From contig CAXWPH010000007.1 in the NCBI GenBank assembly GCA_963666055.2, positions 293,921-357,920 of the forward strand: a stretch of 64,000 nucleotides of DNA, in the 5' to 3' direction. The translations under genes and the position numbers were made by a program. This DNA is from Acidobacteriota bacterium (GTDB lineage: Bacteria > Acidobacteriota > UBA890 > WLXD01). Shown in pieces: positions 57,056 through 64,000 of this stretch (positions are counted from its first letter, which is position 1; each line of letters starts with the position of its first letter). The notes under the pieces were generated by a model that did not search any database, had not been told where the DNA came from, and saw nothing but the letters and a program-made list of their open reading frames with translations.

Positions 57056-60000
57056 CGAGCGATTGTCGGAGCTCGCTGAGGCGGTATCCGACCGAGAGCC
57101 CATGGACTGGAAAAAGGTCGTGCGCGAAGCGCCCGAGGAAGACCGAGCGGTCGTACGTGCGCTCGCTCAGCTCTCAAAGCTCAGTGATGCCCACGCGTCG
57201 ATAGGCGACGAGTCGGGCACGCAAACGGACGCCGCGTTGCCCCGCGTCGTCGGTCTCCCAAAGGCGGGCAATTGGGGGTCGTTGGAGATCCTCGAAAGGA
57301 TCGGTGTAGGAGCCTACGGCGACGTCTATCGGGCCCGCGACAACCTCGATCGCGAGGTGGCGCTCAAGCTCATCTCGACTCAACGTAGGAAGCTGCGCCT
57401 CGATGATGCGTCGCTGGTCGATGAAGGTCGATTGCTCGCCCGCGTCAAGCACAGCAACGTCGTGGCCGTCTACGGTGCCGACCGGAACGAGGGCAATGTC
57501 GGAATCTGGATGGAGCTGATCCGCGGACAAACACTGCACGAGCTGGTCGCCCGATCCGGACCACTCGGCCCACGCGAGGCGGCATTGGTCGGCATCGATC
57601 TTTGTCGAGCGCTGGCGGCGCTTCACGCGCAGGGGATCGTGCATCGCGACGTCAAGGCGCAGAACGTCATGCGAGAGGAAGGCGGCCGGATCGTCCTCAT
57701 GGACCTGGGAATCGGTCGCGAGGTCCCCTCCGACGATCAGCTCAATCCCTCGATCGCCGGCACTCCAGCGTATCTTGCGCCGGAGCTGCTAGAAGGACGT
57801 CCAGCGAGCCCCAGATCGGACATCTACGGGCTGGGTGTGCTGCTTTTTTACCTGGTGACCGGGGAGTTTCCGCTACGTTGTGACACCATGACGGAGCTGG
57901 TGCGGGCGCACGAAGAAGGGCGCGTCAAGCTGCTGCGTGACGTGCGCCCGGACCTTGACGAGCGCTTCGTTCGGGTGGCAGAGGGGGCACTCCAACGCGA
58001 TCCAGCGCGCCGGTTCGCGACGGCCGGGCACTTCGAGCGCGCCCTGCGCACAGCAATCGGCGCCGAGCGCCGCCCCGCGCTGACCCGCTACGCGCCGATG
58101 GCGGCCGCCGCGGCGCTCGTGTTGCTGTCGCTCGCGAGCGTGATCGTGTGGAGAGGCTGGCTTGCTCCGCCTTCGAGTCCGGAGCCTCGGGAGGCGCGAC
58201 GGCAGATCCTCATCGAGGATCCCGTAAACCGAACGCAACAGGAGCTCTTCGACCGACCGCTCCGCGACCTGCTGCGCATCTCCATGGACGACTCCCCGAG
58301 CCTGGTAGTCATGCCTAGGGGGCGGGTCTTCGAGATCCTTCCGCAGCTCGGCCTGCCCGACGTGGAGCGAATCGATCACGCGACCGGACGTCTACTCGCC
58401 GCGCAGGCCCGCAGCCTGGCGATTCTGGTGACCACGGAGATCGATAGCATCGACGCCGGCCATCGGATCACGGTCTCGGCTCGCGATCCCACGGACCAAC
58501 TCCTGGCGACCAGCGCCGCCACCATACCCTGCTCGCCCGCATCCGAGCCGGATGTGCAGCCATGTGCAGTGGACGGCACCGTCTTCGTCGCCCGGATCGA
58601 CGACCTGACGTCTGCGCTACGCGTCCAGCTCGGCGAGTCGGACGTCGCGCTGAACAGAACACCGCTGACTCAGGCGACCAGCCGTGATGTCTCGGCCCTG
58701 CGCCGATACTCCGAGGCCGAGGAGATCATGGCGAAGGGGGGCGCGGTCGAAGACGCGATCGCCCTACTCGAGACCGCCGTGGATCTCGATCCGGACTTCC
58801 CCATGGCATGGAGCCGGCTGGCGCTCTATCTGGTCGGGATCTCCCGACACGACGAAGCGCTTGATGCGGCAAACCGGGCGCAAACTCTCGCCGATCGCGT
58901 GCCAGAAACCGAGCGGTTCATCATTGCCGGCGCGGTCGCAGTCGCGAACTGGCGGTACCGAGAGGCGATTGAGAACTTCGAGAAGGCTCGTATGCTCGGC
59001 AGCAACGACCGTACCTTGCTGCGGCAGTTGCCGCAGGCCTACGGCTTCGTCCTCGGTGAGACGGGCGCGGCGGTGCGTCTGGCGCGGGAGGCCGCCGAAG
59101 CCTATCCGTCCGATCCGCTCGACCAGGGGCTTCTAGCGCTGTTCTATGCGATGGACGGACGATCGCGAGAGGCACTCACAACTCTCGACCGCGCGCGAGC
59201 GCGGTTCCCGGATTTCCGCTACTTCGATTGGCCCGAGGGAATCGCGCGGCTCGTCGACGACGATTTCGCTGGCGCGAGCCAGGCATTTGATCGCCTCGCC
59301 GGCGCGCGTGGGGTTCTCGCGAGCTTCGGCCGCCGGTACCGGGCGCAGACACTCGCGGTGGCGGGGCGCGTGGGCGACGCGATCAACGAGCTGGAGCGCA
59401 GCATTCCGCAAGACGTCGCCGGCGAGTACCGCGGTAATGATGCCGACAACCTCCGCTTCCTCGCGATGCTGCACATCTTGAACGGCGCGCCGAACGAGGC
59501 CGCCTACTACCTGCGCCGTCTGGCCGAGTACTCCCCAACGCACTTGGCCTCGTTGAGGCAGCTCCGGCACACGGCGTTGCTTGCGGTGCAGATCGACCAG
59601 CCGGAGCTGGCGCGCGAATTGCTAGCCCGCCTCGAGCAGCTCGATACCCAACACACCAGCAATCTATCCACGGCGGCGGTGGCGCAGGTGCGCGGGATGT
59701 TGGCCGCGCGTCAGGATCCGTCGGCCGCGCGCTTCCACCTTGACGATGCGTGGCGGCTATGGCCGGACCCGATCACGCTCCGTTCCCTGGCGGACTTCTG
59801 GCTTCAGCAGGCCACTGCCGAGACCGATGGTGGCGACGAAGCAGCGGCGCGCGTCGCCTATGAGCGGGCCCTCCGCTATCTGGAAGAGGTCAGGGCAAAG
59901 AAGGGGTGGACCATGCACCGCTATTTCGGCCTGCCATGGGCGCTGGCGCTACCCGATCTGGCGTTCTGCATGGCCCAGCTCGGAGAAATCGACGCTGCGC

Positions 60001-60101
60001 GTCGGACCTACGACGAGTTCCTCGAGCTGTGGCGAGAAGGCGACGAGGATCTCGAGATCCTCGTTCGCACGCGGGCGCGACGAATCGCGCTGGGGAATTA
60101 G
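57045..60101 (+). CDS. Membrane Ser/Thr protein kinase with extracytoplasmic TPR region
   Basis: IGVGAYGDVY, VALK, HRDVKAQN, DLG, GTPAYLAPE, SDIYGLG; one TM helix; TPR-like repeats. Confidence 0.93.
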   Translation: MERDERLSELAEAVSDREPMDWKKVVREAPEEDRAVVRALAQLSKLSDAHASIGDESGTQTDAALPRVVGLPKAGNWGSLEILERIGVGAYGDVYRARDNLDREVALKLISTQRRKLRLDDASLVDEGRLLARVKHSNVVAVYGADRNEGNVGIWMELIRGQTLHELVARSGPLGPREAALVGIDLCRALAALHAQGIVHRDVKAQNVMREEGGRIVLMDLGIGREVPSDDQLNPSIAGTPAYLAPELLEGRPASPRSDIYGLGVLLFYLVTGEFPLRCDTMTELVRAHEEGRVKLLRDVRPDLDERFVRVAEGALQRDPARRFATAGHFERALRTAIGAERRPALTRYAPMAAAAALVLLSLASVIVWRGWLAPPSSPEPREARRQILIEDPVNRTQQELFDRPLRDLLRISMDDSPSLVVMPRGRVFEILPQLGLPDVERIDHATGRLLAAQARSLAILVTTEIDSIDAGHRITVSARDPTDQLLATSAATIPCSPASEPDVQPCAVDGTVFVARIDDLTSALRVQLGESDVALNRTPLTQATSRDVSALRRYSEAEEIMAKGGAVEDAIALLETAVDLDPDFPMAWSRLALYLVGISRHDEALDAANRAQTLADRVPETERFIIAGAVAVANWRYREAIENFEKARMLGSNDRTLLRQLPQAYGFVLGETGAAVRLAREAAEAYPSDPLDQGLLALFYAMDGRSREALTTLDRARARFPDFRYFDWPEGIARLVDDDFAGASQAFDRLAGARGVLASFGRRYRAQTLAVAGRVGDAINELERSIPQDVAGEYRGNDADNLRFLAMLHILNGAPNEAAYYLRRLAEYSPTHLASLRQLRHTALLAVQIDQPELARELLARLEQLDTQHTSNLSTAAVAQVRGMLAARQDPSAARFHLDDAWRLWPDPITLRSLADFWLQQATAETDGGDEAAARVAYERALRYLEEVRAKKGWTMHRYFGLPWALALPDLAFCMAQLGEIDAARRTYDEFLELWREGDEDLEILVRTRARRIALGN

Positions 60102-60255
60102 GGGGACCCCCGAAAATCAGTCAACCGATCCGACTATATAGATGAGGACTTCCCGCGAGGTCCGCGCCTGGCGTCGACAAGGACGAGGACGAAGACGAGG
60201 AAGAGGAAGAGGTGGGCGAATACGCCGACCCCCCATACCAAAGGAGTTCAGTCGC

Positions 60256-60957
60256 ATGCATCACTTTTGGATCGCAATCGGCAGGGCTGTGCTGTACGGG
60301 CCATTCTTCGATGCTATCGAGGCGGTGGTGGACTACGAGTTCCAAGAGGACCCGAGGGTAAACCCGAAGCCCAGCGCAGCCAACATGACGGCGATGCAAG
60401 CGTTGCTGGCAGACCATTGTCTCTACTTGACGAGAGACGATACCTGGTCGATGCACCGCGTGTGTTCACAGACGAAGAAGAACGCGGCCGACCCCTCGAC
60501 GCGGGAGATGCTGACGGATCTTCGCAACCACGCTGGCACCGACCTGACCAGCTGCTGGAAGGACGACGCAACCTGCGCGGTGGTGGGACTCGCGTGCATC
60601 GACGAGCGCTTTGCGAACATTGTTGCCGCTGAGAGTCGGACGGGGCAGCTGAGTCAGGTGCTTCAGGCAGGCTCCCACAACAACGTTCGCCTCCCGAGAT
60701 TCAACGTGGAGGAGAGTTGCCTGTCCGCGTTGCAAGATTTCCTTGCCAAAAGCTCCGTGGAGGCAGGCTTGCTCCAAATGTCCGCCATGCGTTGGTGGAT
60801 GCGCAACCGCCCCTGCAGGCAGGGTTACACGCTGGCCGAGGAGAATTTCATCATCGCCCTCGACAACGACGAGGTCGGTCTCACTGACCCGCCGCTACGC
60901 GACGACGTCTGGGACCGGATCGTAGCAATCCGCACGCAGATCCTGTCGGACCACTAG
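60256..60957 (+). CDS. Hypothetical Cys-containing protein
   Basis: RBS AAGGAG before ATG at 60256; 233-aa ORF with no family recognised with certainty. Confidence 0.65.
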   Translation: MHHFWIAIGRAVLYGPFFDAIEAVVDYEFQEDPRVNPKPSAANMTAMQALLADHCLYLTRDDTWSMHRVCSQTKKNAADPSTREMLTDLRNHAGTDLTSCWKDDATCAVVGLACIDERFANIVAAESRTGQLSQVLQAGSHNNVRLPRFNVEESCLSALQDFLAKSSVEAGLLQMSAMRWWMRNRPCRQGYTLAEENFIIALDNDEVGLTDPPLRDDVWDRIVAIRTQILSDH

Positions 60958-60996
60958 GCTCGGCCGAGCCTCCAACCACCGGAACGCTGTCTGATC

Positions 60997-61431
60997 GTGG
61001 GTACGCGGAAAACGTCCCGATGGATCGATTGGGCCCACCTGGCCGTCGTCGCCCTGGCGGTGAGTGCCGCGTGTTCCGGCCCGGCGGGGCGTGACCGCCC
61101 GGCAGACCTCGTCCCCGTGTCCACCCGTACCGACCTGGCGAGCTTGGGCTTCTGCGACACGGCGGACAACGTAATGCTGAGCGTGACGGTCGCAAACACC
61201 GGCGAGATCGCCGCTGAGGCTACGCTGGTGATCGTCTTCGAGCCCCCGGAGATCCGCGCTGCTCGCATGGGATCGATCGGCGCTGGTCTTTCGGGAACAG
61301 CCACGCTCCAGATGCCACCCGGCTGCTTTAATCCGGACTGCGACTTCGAGATCTTCGTCGATCCGCTAGGCGATGTCGCGGAGTCGGACGAGGGCAACAA
61401 CCACACCACTGGAAGGTGCATCGGACCATAA
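60997..61431 (+). CDS. CARDB-domain lipoprotein
   Basis: Lipobox SAAC; ADLVP...VTVANTG...VDPLGDVAESDEGNN. Confidence 0.85.
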   Translation: MGTRKTSRWIDWAHLAVVALAVSAACSGPAGRDRPADLVPVSTRTDLASLGFCDTADNVMLSVTVANTGEIAAEATLVIVFEPPEIRAARMGSIGAGLSGTATLQMPPGCFNPDCDFEIFVDPLGDVAESDEGNNHTTGRCIGP

Positions 61432-61588
61432 GCCCAGCTTGGGCGAGGGAAAGTAGCAACGCGACCCCACCGCGACGACGACAAGCATTCGATCAGCTAT
61501 CCTTCCCGAACCGTTTCATCAGCGCTCAACGAGCATCGATCCGGATTGCTTCCACCTACCGATCGTAGGAAAGACAAGGAGAACCACC

Positions 61589-61702
61589 TTGGGAAAGGGT
61601 GACCCGCGCACCAAACGCGGCAAGATCTTCATGGGCTCGCACGGCAAGAAGCGGCCGAAGGCCACGAGTAAGAAGAAGCAGACCAAAGGCTCCAAGAAGT
61701 AG
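61589..61702 (+). CDS. thx: 30S ribosomal protein bTHX (bS31), 37 aa (not in the ORF track)
   Basis: RBS AAGGAG, TTG start; MGKGDPRTKRGKIFMGSHGKKRPK matches the THX consensus MGKGDxRTxRGK. Confidence 0.92.
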   Translation: MGKGDPRTKRGKIFMGSHGKKRPKATSKKKQTKGSKK

Positions 61703-61711
61703 GGAGCCGCA

Positions 61712-62497
61712 ATGAGCGACATCCCGGCAACCGACCTCCTGGCCGGCAAGAAGGGCCTGATCGTCGGCGTGGCCAACCACCGGTCGATTGCTTGGGGCAT
61801 CGCCCGCCGTGCGGCGGCGGCCGGGGCACGGCTGGCGTTCACCTACCAGGGCGAGGCGCTGCTCAAGCGCGTGCAGCCGCTGGCCGAGTCGATCGGTAGC
61901 GACCTGCTGGTGCCCATGGACGTCACCGACGAGGCCCAGGTGGACGATGCCTTCGTCCAGGTGCAAGACGGCCTCGGCGGCCTCGACTTCCTGGTGCACT
62001 CCATCGCCTACGCCGAGCGCGACGACCTCAGGGGCCGCACCATCGACACCTCCCGCGAGGGCTTCCTCAAGGCCATGGAGATCAGCGTGTACTCGCTGCT
62101 GCTGCTGGCCCGCAAGGCCGAGCCGTTGATGGCCGACGGCGGCAGCATCGTCGCGATGACCTACTACGGCTCGGTGAAGGCCGTACCCAACTACAACGTC
62201 ATGGGCATCGCCAAGGCCGGGCTCGAGGCCACCGTTCGGTACCTGGCGCTGGACCTGGGTGAAAAGAACATCCGGGTGAACGCCATCTCCGCCGGCCCCA
62301 TCAAGACACTGGCCGCCTCCGGTGTTTCGGGGCTACGGGGCATGCTCGCTGCGATGGCGGAGCGGGCGCCCCTGCGCCGCAACGTCGATACCGATGACGT
62401 GGGCGCCGCCGGGCTTTACCTGCTCTCCGATCTCGCCAAGGGAGTGACGGGCGAGGTGCACTACGTCGACGCTGGGCTCAGCACCACGGCGATGTAG
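61712..62497 (+). CDS. fabI: Enoyl-ACP reductase
   Basis: [38 protein letters not shown]. Confidence 0.96.
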   Translation: MSDIPATDLLAGKKGLIVGVANHRSIAWGIARRAAAAGARLAFTYQGEALLKRVQPLAESIGSDLLVPMDVTDEAQVDDAFVQVQDGLGGLDFLVHSIAYAERDDLRGRTIDTSREGFLKAMEISVYSLLLLARKAEPLMADGGSIVAMTYYGSVKAVPNYNVMGIAKAGLEATVRYLALDLGEKNIRVNAISAGPIKTLAASGVSGLRGMLAAMAERAPLRRNVDTDDVGAAGLYLLSDLAKGVTGEVHYVDAGLSTTAM

Positions 62498-62543
62498 TGC
62501 CCAAGGCGAATCCGGCTAGTAGAAGAGGACCCACGCCACTGCG

Positions 62544-63038
62544 TCAGGCGCCATGGCCCGGCGCGGCGAGCTGCACTTCGAGGCCGTCGGGGTCGTCGAA
62601 GTAGATGCGGCTGCCAGACACCCGCGGGGGCAGGTCATTGGCGCGTAGGGTCTCCGCCGCCGCGTTCACATCATAGCCATCGACTTCGTAGCAGTAGTGG
62701 TTCAGGCCGGGTGAGCGACTGCGGAACAGGGCGACGAAGTGCGGCCCGCAATCCAGGAAGCAACTGCTGGCGGACTCGCGCGACACCGTCAAGCCGAGAT
62801 GTCGGACATAGAAGTCGCGCGACCGAGATATGTCGGTGACACTGAGGGCGATGTGGTTGAGCCCCACGGCCTGGAATGTCGCTCCGGGATCTTGCCGGGT
62901 GCTCCAGGGCTGAGCACCGGAGGCCGAACCAACGGTTGTCGCGAGTGCCGTCATCGCGCTCAGCTGTGTGACCAGCCGTCTCCGGCTGATGTGCCCTGCC
63001 TCGTATGTTCCCACCAGTCGATCGATGTCGCCGTGCAT
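62544..63038 (-). CDS. VOC family protein with a twin-Arg-like N-terminus
   Basis: ISRRRLV; LNHIALSV...FY; LNHYCY; YFDDPDGLEVQL. Confidence 0.85.
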   Translation of the reverse strand: MHGDIDRLVGTYEAGHISRRRLVTQLSAMTALATTVGSASGAQPWSTRQDPGATFQAVGLNHIALSVTDISRSRDFYVRHLGLTVSRESASSCFLDCGPHFVALFRSRSPGLNHYCYEVDGYDVNAAAETLRANDLPPRVSGSRIYFDDPDGLEVQLAAPGHGA

Positions 63039-63077
63039 GCCTCACCTCCTCGGTTGACCGTCAACGGTACTTTCAAG

Positions 63078-64000
63078 TTAAGGAAGGTCTGATCAATTGG
63101 CCGTCAGTCAGGATGGAGCCTGATTGGAGGAACTGGTCGGCATAAGGGTGGGAATGCAGTCGCCCTCCGAGCTGCTGCCGACGGGTTCAACCGCGACGGC
63201 GGCCTCTCAGGGTGCCTGTTTCAGGTGTGCGCGAGCAGCACCTTGCGTGCCATGAATAGGTTGGCCAACGCGCAGGTCACGAAGAGCCGGTGCGCGTTCT
63301 TGTGGAGCCCTCGGTATCGGACCTTTCTGAAGCCGAAGATGCGCTTGATCACCAGCATCGGGTGCTCGACTTTGGCCCGCACCTTCGACTTGGTGCGGTT
63401 TCGAGCTCGGTCTCGCTCGGTCAGTGGCCGGTGACGGTGCCCTTTCTTGTTGGTGAAGTCCTTGGCACCGGGAGCACACCGGACAATGACCTCCCGTCGG
63501 CCCGTATAAGCGCTGTCTCCCCACACCCGCGTCTCCTGCCCATGCAGCAGATCCTCTAGCACCTGGCTGTCATGGACATTGGCGGCGGTGGCCACGACCG
63601 AGTGAATGAGCTTGGATTTGCTGTCCACACCGAAGTGTCCCTTCATCCCGAAGTACCATTGGTTGCCCTTCTTGGTCGAGCGCATCTCCGGATCCCGCTG
63701 CTTGGCCTTGTTCTTGGTCGATGACGGGGCGGTGATGATCGTCGCGTCGACGATGGTGCCCGTGCTGACCTTCAGCCCCCGCCCCTGCAGGTGCTCGGCA
63801 ACGATGTGGAACACCTGCACGCCCAGCTCGTGGGTCTCCAGAAGGTGCCGGAACTTGCACACCGTCGTCTCGTCCGGCGCCGGCTCCCGTCCCAGATCGA
63901 TCCCCACGAAGGCACGCATCGCCCGCGAGTCGTACAGCGCCTCCTCCACCCCCGGGTCCGACAGGTTGAACCACTGCTGCATGAAGTAGATGCGCAGCAT
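63078..64000 (-). mobile_element. IS5-family insertion sequence, downstream end (continues beyond the window)
   Basis: TTAA target followed by IR-like GGAAGGTCTGATCAAT at 63082; contains a DDE transposase. Confidence 0.85.
63221..64000 (-). CDS. IS5 family transposase (5'-truncated by the window edge)
   Basis: MLRIYFMQQWFNLSD, PDETT, IVDATII, QWYFGMKGH, WGDSAY, RAKVEHP, VRYRGL. Confidence 0.96.
   Translation of the reverse strand: MLRIYFMQQWFNLSDPGVEEALYDSRAMRAFVGIDLGREPAPDETTVCKFRHLLETHELGVQVFHIVAEHLQGRGLKVSTGTIVDATIITAPSSTKNKAKQRDPEMRSTKKGNQWYFGMKGHFGVDSKSKLIHSVVATAANVHDSQVLEDLLHGQETRVWGDSAYTGRREVIVRCAPGAKDFTNKKGHRHRPLTERDRARNRTKSKVRAKVEHPMLVIKRIFGFRKVRYRGLHKNAHRLFVTCALANLFMARKVLLAHT

Overview
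High-GC bacterial chromosomal segment with about 55 mostly co-oriented genes. Two PadR + duplicated-orphan-permease (ADOP) pairs, a DUF5916 barrel protein and an ECF/Ser-Thr kinase module suggest Acidobacteriota, or less likely Gemmatimonadota (inference). Recognisable genes include modABC, msrA, ndh, fabI, two TrmH-family methylases, three ECF sigma factors, a HpaB-like monooxygenase operon and an IS5-family element cut by the right edge. No rRNA, tRNA or CRISPR array was seen. Main observations: (1) a persulfide dioxygenase-rhodanese (CstB-like) gene whose conserved Cys codon is an in-frame TGA followed by a bacterial SECIS-like hairpin, so probably a selenoprotein; (2) six short gene relics, several keeping only fused N- and C-termini; (3) two families of dispersed intergenic repeats; (4) two small genes missed by the ORF track (ribosomal protein bTHX and a 52-aa membrane protein); (5) an uncharacterised monooxygenase-Rid-DUF1028-amidohydrolase operon; (6) a double-ECF/kinase locus with an orphan protein downstream. 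All family calls come from recognising motifs by eye, not from database searches.
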